A stretch of 64,000 bases of DNA from an uncultured archaeon (GTDB taxonomy: Archaea > Thermoplasmatota > Penumbrarchaeia > JASLWR01): contig CAYSHM010000011.1 in NCBI GenBank assembly GCA_964430885.1, forward strand, positions 14,178 through 78,177, in the 5' to 3' direction. A program made the translations under genes and the position numbers. The notes below the pieces were generated by a model that was not told the DNA's origin, made no database searches, and saw only the letters and a list, made by a program, of their open reading frames with translations. Positions 39,695-51,133 of the stretch are shown here, piece after piece. Each line of letters begins with the position of its first letter. Within the stretch, counting starts at the first letter, position 1.

Positions 39695-42523
39695 TCACTG
39701 CAACCTGCATTTGCATTCAGGACAGAGGAGCCATCCGTCTTCTACATCCGATCCGCAGTTGGGACAGCTAGGTGATTCCTGTAATTCGTCTTCGCTCTCG
39801 CTTTCGTCGAGAAGTTCAGCATCGATAGTTTTGGGTTTGATTGCTTTTTTCTCAACAACCTTAGGCGGTTTTGGAGATTGTACCGGCAGGTCTTCTGAAA
39901 GGGTCGATCTGGCCAGATCTGATAGGTTCTGGTATGAATTGGCTTCATTCCTATAGCCGCTGGGAGGTCCCCGCTGGAATTCAGATATTCCAGGCAGATA
40001 GGACATATCAGACTCGGGGTATCCCGTACCTCCAAATCCCTGGCCTGCCGGAAGGGCCAATTGCTGATAGTTGGCCCCAAATCCCATAGGTCCTGGGGGA
40101 AGATAGGCATTCGCCGAATAGCCAGGATATGGAGCAGGCATGGGTAGTGCAGGATGTTGATAGAGTGGCCCGCCGTAAGGATAGGCCCCCATACCGGCAC
40201 CTTCACCGCTGAGATCGGAAGTTCTCACCGAATAACCAGGTTGAACTCTCTCTTCTTTACTGGACTCGCCCATGGGTCCTACCATCTCTGGTTCTTCTTC
40301 TTCCTTTCCTTTACCCTTAAGGAGAAGCAGTACGCTTCCGGCTATTATCAGAAGAACAATGAGTATTATCAGCAACCACCAGTACCAATTTTCCATAATT
40401 TTCCCCATTTTATCGTCATCGCTCTCGGTCTTCGTCTTGGCATTGAAACGAAGTAATGATTCTTCGGTATAGAGCAATTCACCCCTTTCCTCAGACAGCT
40501 CATGGTCGTGGCGGTTACTGCTTTGAATCACCAATTTCAGGTTCACCAGGGGCTTTGTTACTTCATAGTCATCTATGATCTTTGTATAGCTTATATTGGC
40601 CGCAATTGAATCTATAGCTATCTTTTCCAAGGAGGTTTCTGGCAGGTCCTGGTTGGTAAAACTGATATTGATCTTTTCAATTGTCTCTGTTCCGCGGTTT
40701 TCGATCCTCAGTACCAATCCAATCTTATCGCCCACATCGATTTTATCCCTATCAACATCATCAGCTAAACTCAATATAGGTATCACCAGATAGGGGCTTT
40801 CCAGAACCCTAATGGTGGTTGTAATATTGGACGTAGCACCGTGGTCGTCGCTGACAGTTAGAGTGATCTGATGAAGGCCCGGTTCGAGGTTATTTATTAA
40901 TGATGCACTTTTACCCAGCTCCCCTGAGATGTTGGATTCCCAGGTATAGAAACTGTCCCTGATATAGTCGCCGTCAGGGTCCTTGGTACCAGTAGCATCA
41001 AAGGTAATTTCTTCCCAGGTGTAATACCCTTCTGAAGGGAATTCAGGGTCTGATAGTTTGATAACTGCGTTGGGGCCTTTGTTGGGTATCTTAATACTAG
41101 CCTCTGCTACCTCACCGTCAACAAAACTGTCATTGGGTATTACCTCGACCTTCCATGTATCAAAATGATTCAATTCAGTACCGGGGATCTGTTTTTTATC
41201 CACACCGGACAGTCCGCTCTGGATCTCTCCGTTCCTGTACCACATATATGTATATGTGATGCGGTCTCCGTCGCTGTCCCTGGACGGCGAGGGATTATCC
41301 TTTGTGATTATACAGCTCAATGTCTCACTGCTGCTCTGGGTGTTGAGCTGAAGTTCAATATTCGGAGAATCAGGCGGATGGTTCACTACCTTGAAACTGT
41401 CTAAAACTATCTCTGAATTCTTGTAACCGTCAGTTGAGTAGAGCTCCATATAGTAGATATTGGCCATGGTGTTGGTATATTCATCTAGGTCCCCATAGGA
41501 TAGTTCTTGATTTATTGTATATTCAGGCAGAGAAAGGGGAACCTCGTTTGCGATGGATTTCTCGTATGAGGGGGTAGCACTGATGCTGATTATGTATTTA
41601 ATCTCTCTTTCGTCCTCAGGATCGGGGTCTGATGAAGGTGACCATGTGATCCTCGGTTCAAGTTCATGTGTGGTCAGTTCCTGGTCATCTATCTTCGTAT
41701 CCCCGTCAACCTTGATGCCCACCGGTTTGGAGGGCGGAGTGTTCTCCTTGATCTCAAGATTCCTTTGACATTGGTCGGTCACATCGGACCAGAGTTCGTT
41801 TTCATCCATCACGCTGAATGTGATCCTGTGAATACCTGATGTTAGGGGATTTTCAAGTTCCAAACTGGAGAATTGTCTCTCGTCACTAATAATTCCATCT
41901 ATGCTGGATTCCCACTTATATTCAATGATATCATCGTTATCCTCGGTATCGGTTCCCTCTCCTTCAAATTCAACTTCGCGGCCTTCTCTTGCCGATGAGG
42001 GAGTAATTGAGGTTATGGAAGCTACAGGCTTGGCATTGGTGGTAAATTTCCAGTTGGAGTATTGTCCCCATCCGTCCTCATCATGACATTTGACCGCCCA
42101 ATAGTAGATTGTATCCATGATAACCTTTTCCCCGGAGATCTGATGGCTCTTTGCGGACCCAATTTCTCCATCATAGATGTTCCCTGTAGCACTGTCGCTG
42201 TTGCATGGGCCCAGAGTGGATATCTTGAGCCAAGTATTATCAATATCCTCGTGGGCGCCTCTGTATACCTCGGTCTGCTGCCAGGTCAGCTTAATAGACG
42301 GGCCTGTCAAACCTGTGGCGCCATCCCCGGGAGAGGGATTCTTCGGCTGTCCGGGAGGATGTGTCGTTCTGCTGTCTGATTCCTCCATGGGCTGCGAGAA
42401 AACAGTTATTAGACCCAGACCTCCGATTAAAAGGGCACATATAATGAATAAAATCTTGATCTTCATCATCTTTTTTATCTCATGGTTATTGGATTTTCCT
42501 TTGATCATTCTATCACATTCCAA
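39695..42523 (-). CDS. Single-pass surface protein (FN3/Ig/PKD/CARDB-like) with Pro/Gly/Tyr-rich cytoplasmic region and C-terminal zinc ribbon
   Basis: Signal/TM, WESSIDG/WESNISG..GxHxIT PKD-like units, TM, CPNCG..CPECK. Confidence 0.75.
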   Translation of the reverse strand: MECDRMIKGKSNNHEIKKMMKIKILFIICALLIGGLGLITVFSQPMEESDSRTTHPPGQPKNPSPGDGATGLTGPSIKLTWQQTEVYRGAHEDIDNTWLKISTLGPCNSDSATGNIYDGEIGSAKSHQISGEKVIMDTIYYWAVKCHDEDGWGQYSNWKFTTNAKPVASITSITPSSAREGREVEFEGEGTDTEDNDDIIEYKWESSIDGIISDERQFSSLELENPLTSGIHRITFSVMDENELWSDVTDQCQRNLEIKENTPPSKPVGIKVDGDTKIDDQELTTHELEPRITWSPSSDPDPEDEREIKYIISISATPSYEKSIANEVPLSLPEYTINQELSYGDLDEYTNTMANIYYMELYSTDGYKNSEIVLDSFKVVNHPPDSPNIELQLNTQSSSETLSCIITKDNPSPSRDSDGDRITYTYMWYRNGEIQSGLSGVDKKQIPGTELNHFDTWKVEVIPNDSFVDGEVAEASIKIPNKGPNAVIKLSDPEFPSEGYYTWEEITFDATGTKDPDGDYIRDSFYTWESNISGELGKSASLINNLEPGLHQITLTVSDDHGATSNITTTIRVLESPYLVIPILSLADDVDRDKIDVGDKIGLVLRIENRGTETIEKINISFTNQDLPETSLEKIAIDSIAANISYTKIIDDYEVTKPLVNLKLVIQSSNRHDHELSEERGELLYTEESLLRFNAKTKTESDDDKMGKIMENWYWWLLIILIVLLIIAGSVLLLLKGKGKEEEEPEMVGPMGESSKEERVQPGYSVRTSDLSGEGAGMGAYPYGGPLYQHPALPMPAPYPGYSANAYLPPGPMGFGANYQQLALPAGQGFGGTGYPESDMSYLPGISEFQRGPPSGYRNEANSYQNLSDLARSTLSEDLPVQSPKPPKVVEKKAIKPKTIDAELLDESESEDELQESPSCPNCGSDVEDGWLLCPECKCRLQ

Positions 42524-42730
42524 TGAATTGTGTTGAATACGGCATTATTGCCCCATTATATCCAGGTTTAAACCATTTTCTAATACTAATAGATTTTTAT
42601 CAATATTTCAAAGGGTCGAGAGTTATAAATTGCTGAGTTCAAAGACCAATTGGATATATCAAGGTTCTTGGAGGCTACATATAATATATTAGATTGCAGT
42701 TCCTGGTAGCTATTGAAATAAGGTGATTTT

Positions 42731-43525
42731 ATGAACGATCATGCTGATTATTCTGATGTTGAGATTTCACGAGCAATCATTACCAGATATTTCAACAAAC
42801 TCGATGACCATTTGGAACTTGATGTGGCAATAGGAGGTGCAGGTCCTGCGGGATTATGTGCTTCCTACTATCTAGCCAAGGCGGGATATAAGGTAGCTAT
42901 ATTTGAGAGAAGATTATCTCTGGGCGGTGGTATGTGGGGCGGTGGAATGATGTTCAACGAACTGGTTGTAGGACCCGGAGGGAAGAGGATACTTGATGAG
43001 TTCAGCATACCGAATGCTGAATGGAAGGAAGGTTATTTCACAGCAGATTCGGTACATTGTGTGGTGCAGATTGCAGCCCGGGCAATGAGTGCAGGAGCAA
43101 AGATATTCAATCTGATTTCAGTGGAGGACCTAATGGTCAATGACGAAGGTGTTGCAGGACTGGTTCTTAACTGGAGTGCGGTGGAGATGGGTGGTCTCCA
43201 TGTTGATCCACTTTCAATCGGTGCCAAATACGTTATTGAGGCCACGGGCCATCCACTTGAGATAATAACAACCCTAGTAAGAAAGAATGATGTAAAGCTG
43301 AATACCTCAACAGGAGGAATTCTTGGAGAGACATCCATGTTTGCCCAGAGAGGGGAAAAAATGGTTGTTGAGAACACACGGGAAATTTTTCCTCATCTTT
43401 ATGTAGCAGGAATGGCGGCCAATGCAGTCTTTGGCAGTAATCGCATGGGGCCTATCTTCGGAGGTATGCTGGAGTCAGGAAAGAAGGTTGCTGAAGATAT
43501 AATCAAGAAGCTGGAAAAAGAGTGA
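42731..43525 (+). CDS. thi4: Sulfide-dependent thiazole synthase
   Basis: [23 protein letters not shown] (His, non-suicide type), RMGPIFGGM. Confidence 0.95.
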   Translation: MNDHADYSDVEISRAIITRYFNKLDDHLELDVAIGGAGPAGLCASYYLAKAGYKVAIFERRLSLGGGMWGGGMMFNELVVGPGGKRILDEFSIPNAEWKEGYFTADSVHCVVQIAARAMSAGAKIFNLISVEDLMVNDEGVAGLVLNWSAVEMGGLHVDPLSIGAKYVIEATGHPLEIITTLVRKNDVKLNTSTGGILGETSMFAQRGEKMVVENTREIFPHLYVAGMAANAVFGSNRMGPIFGGMLESGKKVAEDIIKKLEKE

Positions 43526-44982
43526 TCGATATGCCTAGAGGCGTCCCTCCAGGAGTAATGTGTATTTCCGGGTCAGACCCTACTGCAGGGGCGGGAGCAC
43601 AGAATGACCTTCTAACCGTGGAGTCGCTTGGAATTCCCTGTGCAACTGTAATAACTGCCCTGACTGCACAGAACACTTCAGAATTTATTTCTTCCTACCC
43701 GGTTGATCCAGTCTCAGTTAAAACCCAGATCAGAGCAGTTCTAAAGGATATGGATATCCGATCTATCAAGATCGGCATGCTTCCAAATTCGGATATAATT
43801 GATACAGTAATTCAAGAGCTAAATCACGAGCTTAAAAGGCGGGAAATGGAAGGATTGGGAATCCGTGTAGTAATGGACCCGGTATTAAGGTCAAGTTCAG
43901 GATTCGATCTTACTGATGAGAAAGGGATAGAACTCATTAAGAATAATTTGTTTCCCATCTGTTCTCTGATTACTCCCAACGTAAGGGAAGCTGCTATATT
44001 AACAGGTATGAATATCCAAAATATTGATGATGCACTTGCATCCGGCCGTCTTCTACTTAATATGGGGAGTGATCAGGTTCTTATCACCGGCCTTATAGCT
44101 AGCGGAGACTCGGCAGAGGATACCAAGGGAATACATCTGAATAATGAAGATCCCGAGTATAATGGTATTCTGTATAACGTTCTTGTTTGGGGTGATGGTC
44201 ATTTCATTTACAAGGAGAGTTTTCTTGAAGGCCTGGACCCCCACGGGACCGGTTGTATGCTTTCATCGGCCATTTCAGCTTTTCTTTCACAGGGAAATAA
44301 TATGAAGGAATCAGTTGCCGAAGCGATTTCAATGGTCAGAAGGGCTGTTACATATCCAAAAATGTATAAAAAAGGTTATTCTGTAGATCCTTTGGTCGGA
44401 TTGAAGAATGAATCCCTGAGATATACCCTGTTACAAAAGGTTCGTAGGTCCGTGGATGAATTGGTGCACGCAAATATTTATTCCCTCATTCCTGAAGTCG
44501 CCTCCAATTTTGTGGTATCTTTGCCGTACTCAATGACCACGGAGGAGATGGCCGGTATTGAGGGCCGAATCGTTAGATTCAAGGACAGAGTTCATTCTCA
44601 TGGTCCTTGGTTTGGTGTTTCTGACCATGTGGCAAGATTTCTTCTTGAACTGAGGAAATTCGATCCCGATGTGATAGCCTCTATGAACATCAAGCTGGTG
44701 GGGAATTGGGGAAACATATGTAAAGAACTGGGTCTTGGCGTGGAATATGCTCCCCGCTCTGAGGAACCCAAACAGACAAGGAACGTTGAGCAAAACACCA
44801 TGAATTGGGCTGCGGAATACGTTATGAAAGGTAGAAAAAAGGCTCCTGACATCATTGTAGATCTTGGAGATGTAGGCAAGGAGCCTATGATTAGGGTATT
44901 GGGGAAATCCCCTGAAGCCCTGGTGAATACAGTTCTAAAGTTTCATGGTCTTTGGATTAAGCACAAAGATAACAATAGCTGA
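43522..44982 (+). CDS. thiDN: Bifunctional HMP(-P) kinase / thiamine-phosphate synthase ThiDN
   Basis: [27 protein letters not shown], then the ThiN domain [31 protein letters not shown]. Confidence 0.92.
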   Translation: MIDMPRGVPPGVMCISGSDPTAGAGAQNDLLTVESLGIPCATVITALTAQNTSEFISSYPVDPVSVKTQIRAVLKDMDIRSIKIGMLPNSDIIDTVIQELNHELKRREMEGLGIRVVMDPVLRSSSGFDLTDEKGIELIKNNLFPICSLITPNVREAAILTGMNIQNIDDALASGRLLLNMGSDQVLITGLIASGDSAEDTKGIHLNNEDPEYNGILYNVLVWGDGHFIYKESFLEGLDPHGTGCMLSSAISAFLSQGNNMKESVAEAISMVRRAVTYPKMYKKGYSVDPLVGLKNESLRYTLLQKVRRSVDELVHANIYSLIPEVASNFVVSLPYSMTTEEMAGIEGRIVRFKDRVHSHGPWFGVSDHVARFLLELRKFDPDVIASMNIKLVGNWGNICKELGLGVEYAPRSEEPKQTRNVEQNTMNWAAEYVMKGRKKAPDIIVDLGDVGKEPMIRVLGKSPEALVNTVLKFHGLWIKHKDNNS

Positions 44983-44994
44983 AATATTAATTCT

Positions 44995-45831
44995 TTAATT
45001 GAATGGATTCTTTTTCATGGGTATTCCAAACACGGAATCGATATAAAGGACCCTGGCCTTTTTGGATTTCAGATCCTCAATCTTGAACTTCCATATGGGC
45101 AGATAAACAATATTTGTCTTCTCGAGTTTTGCCCCAAACATCTCCATGAGCTGTTTCGAAATGTATCTCTTGTTCACTCTTGGTTTTTCAGTATTTTTCG
45201 GAAGAAGTCCTACTGGAAGTTCCTTGAATTTGGTATTGCCATCAAGGTCCTTGATATTCTCCGGTTTTGCTGGAGTGATGTCGCTAAATTCCAGGCTTTC
45301 AGTAACCTGGAGCATTTTTCCGTTAAATCCATGGAAATAGAGGCTCTCAGAACTGATCTCATTTGCCCCGAACAATTTTTTCTTCTGGACACTGAATGAC
45401 GCCTGGATGAGAGGAAGATACCTAAGCACCCCGGCTTCGACCTTTTCTAGGGGCTTGGAGAACAATCCGCCAGTTTTCTTCAACTGTTTTTGAGCTACCT
45501 TTGTTGCTTCGTTCTTTGGGAAATTCATTTCCACAGTGGTCACGGTATCTTCTTTCGGCTGCTCTTCCTTCTTTTTCTCTTCCTTGGGTTTTTCCTTTTT
45601 CGATTTCTTATCCACGGGTTCCTTCCTAGGAGTTTCTACCTTCTTTTCTTCTTTTTTTCGGGTCATACCTTCCCCGCAGTCCCCGCAGAAGGCTGACCCC
45701 TTATCGTTGCCAGCGCCGCATTTTGGGCAGTCTTTTTTATTTTCGCTCTCCTTGAGGAGCTTGTTCCCGCATTCCATACAGAAAGCAGAATCATCTTCAT
45801 TCTCAAATCCGCAATTTGAACATTCCATCAT
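44995..45831 (-). CDS. Double zinc-ribbon protein with C-terminal uncharacterised domain
   Basis: CSNCG..FCMECG / CPKCG..FCGDCG, Lys/Glu linker, YLP..YLPIW motifs. Confidence 0.7.
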   Translation of the reverse strand: MMECSNCGFENEDDSAFCMECGNKLLKESENKKDCPKCGAGNDKGSAFCGDCGEGMTRKKEEKKVETPRKEPVDKKSKKEKPKEEKKKEEQPKEDTVTTVEMNFPKNEATKVAQKQLKKTGGLFSKPLEKVEAGVLRYLPLIQASFSVQKKKLFGANEISSESLYFHGFNGKMLQVTESLEFSDITPAKPENIKDLDGNTKFKELPVGLLPKNTEKPRVNKRYISKQLMEMFGAKLEKTNIVYLPIWKFKIEDLKSKKARVLYIDSVFGIPMKKNPFN

Positions 45832-46146
45832 GATAATCACCAAAATTATTCAATTTCAGGTTTCAATTGAGGTTTTATTAGCCTATTATATTATTTAAGT
45901 TTCTTTGATATTATTCCTTAATATTTCACAAGATCGAAAATGTGAGATTTAGTTGGTAATATAGGAGGATTTGCTGAAAATATATCGACTGATTCTTCCA
46001 TCCATTATCAGTTATCTGGTTGATAAACTAATACTTTGGTTTCATATAATATTATCGCAATATCAACGGCAATAATCAAGATCAAGGAAGCTTTAGGTAA
46101 TTACTATTCAAATTTAGATTCATTAAATAATGCCACGGTGGATAAA

Positions 46147-46380
46147 ATGTATGAGCGGAAATCCAAACCGAGAGATTCAAAGATATGTGATGTTACGGGA
46201 TGTAAAAAGAATAAAAAACAGGCAGTGCCCGAGAATCCCTTGAAGGAAGCCCTTCCTGAAATGAAATATGATTCGGAAGGCAAGAACATCCAATTATGTA
46301 AAGATCATTACAAGGAATTCAAGAAGGCCACAAAGGACGACCGGGAGATGAATAAACTCAGAAAACGCTCCAGAAATTGA
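46147..46380 (+). CDS. Small conserved hypothetical Zn-binding protein
   Basis: CDVTGC...LCKDHYKEFKKATK. Start uncertain. Confidence 0.6.
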   Translation: MYERKSKPRDSKICDVTGCKKNKKQAVPENPLKEALPEMKYDSEGKNIQLCKDHYKEFKKATKDDREMNKLRKRSRN

Positions 46381-46395
46381 AATACTTTGAACAAT

Positions 46396-48657
46396 TTAGA
46401 AAAATGTGAAATTGGATATTCCAAGATCTCCAAAAAGTATCAATACGGATGTGACGTATCCGAGTATGGCACCCCCGTTAAGAAGGGGCAGTCCGGCCTG
46501 TGGATTTCCTTTTAGTACAAATCTCATAAGAACCGTATAGCCTATAAGGCTTCCCAGAAGAGTTGACAGAGCAACTATCAAGGCCTTGTCCAATCCTCCT
46601 ATACTGCCAGAAGGCAGAAAGGTGTAAGTGGAAATTACTAAAAGTCCCGGTATTATTATATCGCCCAGACCCATGAACATCGCCCCTCTTTTCTTCTTTT
46701 TATCCAATTGCTTTTTCAATCCTTCCTGCCGTCTGAAAGAGTATTCCCGGCTTTTAGGGATCACAAGTAATACGGGCAGCCTCATCTCCATAACGTTATC
46801 TGCCAAGGAGATCATGTGTTTGGTCTTGTAGACCGAGATGGCATCGTATATGGCTAATAGTGTAAGAAGCACAAGTATTGGAAGGATACTCAGAGATATT
46901 CCTATCATTGCCATTGCTCCGACGCCCATGAACATGGCTATTGTATCCACAACATACCATTCAGGGTATACTATAAGAAGTCCAACAAGGGCTATTGAAA
47001 CGCAGGCACCCACGATCCAAACCCAAAGGTGTTCCTTATGGGGTTCGATCTCCAAAATTTTTAATCCGTCGGCCCCGTATATCTCCAGTTCGACATATCC
47101 GTCCCCGTCAAGGTCCGATGCAGTAGAACCGATACTTCCAATGATCTTGTTCTCGGTCCTTCCCCTGTACTTGCTCCAATTGTTCTTCTCAAATATATAT
47201 AATAATCCATCCGCGAGAACATACAGAGCCCTCTCATTCTCGGAATCCAAACTTCTTTCTATATTGATATGCTGGATATTTCTACTTGAGAATTTCACCA
47301 TGTCCCGGGATGTGAAAATATCATTTTCATCAATTTGTTGACCGCTGACAAGGTTATCGATATTTACATTCAGTCCTACATATTTCCTGCTGTTGTAGAA
47401 AACACGTCTATATGATTTATCAATTGTATGGGTCCTATCACTCCCCATTATCTCAGATATTTCTATCTTACCTACATATCTGCTGCTGAGTTCAGGTCCA
47501 GAAACGGAAGCGCCGTTTCCGGATAGGTTATCATTCTGTCCGGTTAATTCATAAAGGTGAAGTGATCCGTTCATCTCAAAACCCGTCAAAAAGTCTCCCT
47601 CCTTCAAGGAATCGAGAAAGATGCAGTCCTTGAGAATGTCGGATTTATATTCGGCACTTTGGATGGGATCCGGAACGATAATGGAATCTAGTTGTATATC
47701 TGATTTTAGCATATTATTGAGATTGATCATGTTATTATCTGAGATGCTCAGCCCCCAGGATATCAGATTGATATCAACAGTATTGTTTTTTTCAGATGTA
47801 TATGTTATCGAGTATACGGTGGGTATGGATGTGAGGGGGCCTATATCAAGGTCAAAGCAAATGTCCTTTCCCACAGTGGTATTGATATTATTAACATCCC
47901 AAACTCCATTAAGGCTGGACATGGAAAGAAATGATATGCTTTCCCCGTCATTTTGGTTCCTTCCGAATATCATCACTGCAATAGTATGGCCATCATTTTT
48001 TCTATTATTTTCAGGTTCCAAAACTTTAGTGCTTATGGCTGCCTTCTCAACATAGGGATTTATGTCCTGGAAATACAGATCCTTACCGTTAAGTTCTATA
48101 TGAAAGATCCCTTCCTTATCGATATAAAGGATGAATTTATCATCCTCCATATCAAGGCGTTGGAAATCCAGAAAGCTTTTGTCCGAATACTGTAGTGTCC
48201 AGCTTTCATCATAGTCGTATACCGCAGCATCTAGTACCGGAGCGATCACATAGATTATCACCATAAAAACAGAGAAAAGAAATATCCATTTCACTATCTT
48301 TTTTTTCCTCTTCTTTGCAATGTAAAGTATGAAAAGGGAAAAGATAATTATAAACGCGATATAGAAAAGCGGTATCGAAACAGCATCGGCATTCTTGAAT
48401 GCTCTCATTCCCTTCTGGACAAAAATAGGAGATATGAACAGACCTACCAATATCGTCACTATAAATATTAGACCAATACCCACAGCTGAAAGGTAGTCAG
48501 AGTAGTTCAGGTCAGGTTTTTTTTCCTTTTTCCCCTTTCCTTCACGGTTTTCATTTTCACTGTCCAGACCCTGAACCTCTTCTGCATTTACTTCCTCTTG
48601 GCCGCCCGAAATTGTGTAAGTATCGGATATTTTCTCATTTTCTTTAGTTTCTTCCAT
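46396..48657 (-). CDS. Presenilin/SPP-family GxGD intramembrane aspartyl protease with large inserted soluble domain
   Basis: YPEWYVVD, YDAISVYKTKHM, MGLGDIIIP, PQAGLPLLN. Confidence 0.88.
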   Translation of the reverse strand: MEETKENEKISDTYTISGGQEEVNAEEVQGLDSENENREGKGKKEKKPDLNYSDYLSAVGIGLIFIVTILVGLFISPIFVQKGMRAFKNADAVSIPLFYIAFIIIFSLFILYIAKKRKKKIVKWIFLFSVFMVIIYVIAPVLDAAVYDYDESWTLQYSDKSFLDFQRLDMEDDKFILYIDKEGIFHIELNGKDLYFQDINPYVEKAAISTKVLEPENNRKNDGHTIAVMIFGRNQNDGESISFLSMSSLNGVWDVNNINTTVGKDICFDLDIGPLTSIPTVYSITYTSEKNNTVDINLISWGLSISDNNMINLNNMLKSDIQLDSIIVPDPIQSAEYKSDILKDCIFLDSLKEGDFLTGFEMNGSLHLYELTGQNDNLSGNGASVSGPELSSRYVGKIEISEIMGSDRTHTIDKSYRRVFYNSRKYVGLNVNIDNLVSGQQIDENDIFTSRDMVKFSSRNIQHINIERSLDSENERALYVLADGLLYIFEKNNWSKYRGRTENKIIGSIGSTASDLDGDGYVELEIYGADGLKILEIEPHKEHLWVWIVGACVSIALVGLLIVYPEWYVVDTIAMFMGVGAMAMIGISLSILPILVLLTLLAIYDAISVYKTKHMISLADNVMEMRLPVLLVIPKSREYSFRRQEGLKKQLDKKKKRGAMFMGLGDIIIPGLLVISTYTFLPSGSIGGLDKALIVALSTLLGSLIGYTVLMRFVLKGNPQAGLPLLNGGAILGYVTSVLILFGDLGISNFTFF

Positions 48658-48760
48658 GAACTCATCACTTCATTTTATACGGCCATGAACCCTTTAATAA
48701 GCTAAAAAGGTCATGTTCAAAATTCTTAAAAACAGGATTGATTATATCGATTCAGTCTTT

Positions 48761-49594
48761 TCACTCGGAATATAATATCAATACATTGGAATTGATCTTC
48801 TTTGCGATTTCGACCTTTGGCAGATGGGTTGTCAATCCCATAAAACCGCATGCCTTGCAAGTTCTTCCAATTATCAGTAGATCATAATCCTTCAGGTTTA
48901 TATCCCTGATTATCTCCTTTTCCATGGACGATACTCCCTGCCAATCCTCTTCCAGTCTGGTATTGGCGAGATTTGAATCCATTTCAGCCTTCTTAAGCAG
49001 TTTTCCTCTTTCCTTCACGGAATAATGAAAGGTTTTTAGATTTGCTTTTGAAGCTTCCTCAAGTATCTTTGCATATTTTGGAAGCAGTTCATTGGCCGAT
49101 AAGGATGAAGTTATTGCTAGTATGTTTTTTATGCTTCCCCCTCTTTCAACCCAGATGGGGATATTACAGTCATCGAATATCCTGTAATTAAGATTGGTTT
49201 TCTTCTTGTATTCAAGAAGTACCATGTTAAAATTTTCATAACTAGATCTAAAGGTCCTATCGATAAACCTGTTGATCACATCGCTGAACTCTCCTTTTCT
49301 AATAGAGTAAGCACAGCTTTTCCTTCTTTCACCCAAGGATTGAGCGATCTTGTGTTTAACCTCAGTAGCGATGGATTCCATATGGGCGTCATATATTTCT
49401 TTTTTAATATCTTCTATAAGTTTCGGGGTCAGTGCATGTGTGCTCCCCATTGATATCTTGTTCACGGTCTTCGATTCGGCAATATAAAGGAAGATTATTT
49501 TGCTTTTAAAATTGTCGATGAAGAATTTTGTCCTTTCGATAGCCCTTTCCGGTATGAAATTTGATGATATTGGTACCAATATATTCTCGAACAT
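48761..49594 (-). CDS. Universal stress protein (tandem UspA)
   Basis: MFENILVPIS, second domain IKNILA, DLLIIG, terminal NVLI. Confidence 0.72.
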   Translation of the reverse strand: MFENILVPISSNFIPERAIERTKFFIDNFKSKIIFLYIAESKTVNKISMGSTHALTPKLIEDIKKEIYDAHMESIATEVKHKIAQSLGERRKSCAYSIRKGEFSDVINRFIDRTFRSSYENFNMVLLEYKKKTNLNYRIFDDCNIPIWVERGGSIKNILAITSSLSANELLPKYAKILEEASKANLKTFHYSVKERGKLLKKAEMDSNLANTRLEEDWQGVSSMEKEIIRDINLKDYDLLIIGRTCKACGFMGLTTHLPKVEIAKKINSNVLILYSE

Positions 49595-49595
49595 T

Positions 49596-50978
49596 TTACC
49601 ATAGTCCTATTAATTTCCAGTATGATATTGCTATTAAAAACAGTATCAGAATTGAGATGATGGTGACGATTGAACCGGCCTTGAACAGGTCTTTGGTCCT
49701 GTAATAACCCGTTGAATAAGTGATGGCATTACCGGGAGTGGCAATGACCAGTATGAAGGCCAATCCGCCTGAGAGAGCTATTATCATTGATGTTACTACT
49801 GGGCCTAGTTCAGGGATCTCATTGGAAATTCCTAGGCCTACTGGGAGCAGAAGGCCCACTGCAGCGGTATTGCTCATGAAACTTGTGAGTAAAATGGTCA
49901 GTATGATCAGGCTCAGGAGGATGACATAAGGATTGCTTCCCAGCATACTGAGGCTTTTAACAGCTATAAAATTGGCTGCACCTGTCTTCTGGAGGTTGAC
50001 ACCAAGGGCGATCGCTCCTCCGTATAGCAGTATTATCCCCCAGGGGACCCGCTTCTCCACATCTTCCCAGGTGATAACACCTGTGGCGAATAATAGAATT
50101 CCCCCAAGGACCGCTATCACAGCAGGGCCCAATTGATAATGCAGGAATATCCAGCCCATTATGGTCATAAATAGGATGACCAGAATGATTACGCTTTCCT
50201 GGTTGATCCTTCCCATATTCTTTACTTCCTGATCGATCCTGCCTCTTGCACTGACAAGGGAGCCGATTTCCGGCCTGAATACCTTGATCAAAATAAACCA
50301 TATGATCGGCAGGGTTACAAGAACCACTGGGACGGAATAGTACATCCAATCAAAAAAAGAAAGGCGTATATTAGAGGTTTCCTCCAGAAAGGATATGGTC
50401 ACGGGATTTCGGGCTCCTCCTACAAGGGTTCCCAGGGAACCAAGGGAACAACCGAAAGCAACTGAGAGCATACAGAGCTTGGCAAAATTGGATTTCTTCG
50501 GAGTCACCTTGGAAGCTACAAGTATTGAAAGTACAATTGGGATCATGAGCGCAGCGACAGCGTGCTCCGGCATTATGAAGGAGGAGAAAGCGGAAATGCA
50601 AAAAATCCCCAGACTGAATATAATAGGGCTTTTACCAATACGTCTGAGTATGTGTAGTGAGAACCGTTTATGAACGTGGTGTTTCTCAAGGGCTGCCGTT
50701 ATTATAAAAGCACCCAAAAGAAAAAACACCGCTTTATTACCGAAATATGAAAGGGCCTCACTGCTGTCCACTATACCTAGAGCTGCGGGAAGAACTAGGA
50801 TGAGAAGACCAGTGGCGGCTATGGGTATGGGTCTTGTTATCCACATGAATGCAGCATATACCAAAATACCCATCATCATCATACCATCGGAACTCAGTCC
50901 TTCAGGTTCAGGTAATGTATATGCTCCAATTAGAATGAGAATACCCATAATATTGAAGACTATTTTTTTCTTTTTCAT
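49596..50978 (-). CDS. DASS/SLC13 sodium:dicarboxylate/sulfate symporter
   Basis: GTLVGGARN, MSNTAA, ATPGNAI, multiple TMs. Confidence 0.9.
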   Translation of the reverse strand: MKKKKIVFNIMGILILIGAYTLPEPEGLSSDGMMMMGILVYAAFMWITRPIPIAATGLLILVLPAALGIVDSSEALSYFGNKAVFFLLGAFIITAALEKHHVHKRFSLHILRRIGKSPIIFSLGIFCISAFSSFIMPEHAVAALMIPIVLSILVASKVTPKKSNFAKLCMLSVAFGCSLGSLGTLVGGARNPVTISFLEETSNIRLSFFDWMYYSVPVVLVTLPIIWFILIKVFRPEIGSLVSARGRIDQEVKNMGRINQESVIILVILFMTIMGWIFLHYQLGPAVIAVLGGILLFATGVITWEDVEKRVPWGIILLYGGAIALGVNLQKTGAANFIAVKSLSMLGSNPYVILLSLIILTILLTSFMSNTAAVGLLLPVGLGISNEIPELGPVVTSMIIALSGGLAFILVIATPGNAITYSTGYYRTKDLFKAGSIVTIISILILFLIAISYWKLIGLW

Positions 50979-51133
50979 ATTGCGCGCTCTCTCTTTCGGG
51001 TTTATCTAGTTGATTGTTGCATCTTTAGGGTACATTTGCCATTTAATTACTGCAATTGGGATATATTGGGTTTTAAAATGGCTGTACATACAATACCCGT
51101 ACATGATTTCCTTTATCATATAAGAATATAGAG

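Noticed and set aside
39742-40206. 154-aa alternative-frame ORF and neighbouring short ORFs
   Set aside because: They lie within the low-complexity tail of the 942-aa gene, with no motifs or SD.
42524-42730. TPP riboswitch upstream of thi4
   Set aside because: Only a partial 'gctgag' match. The conserved CCCT..GAACCTGA..GCG.AGGGA core is absent.
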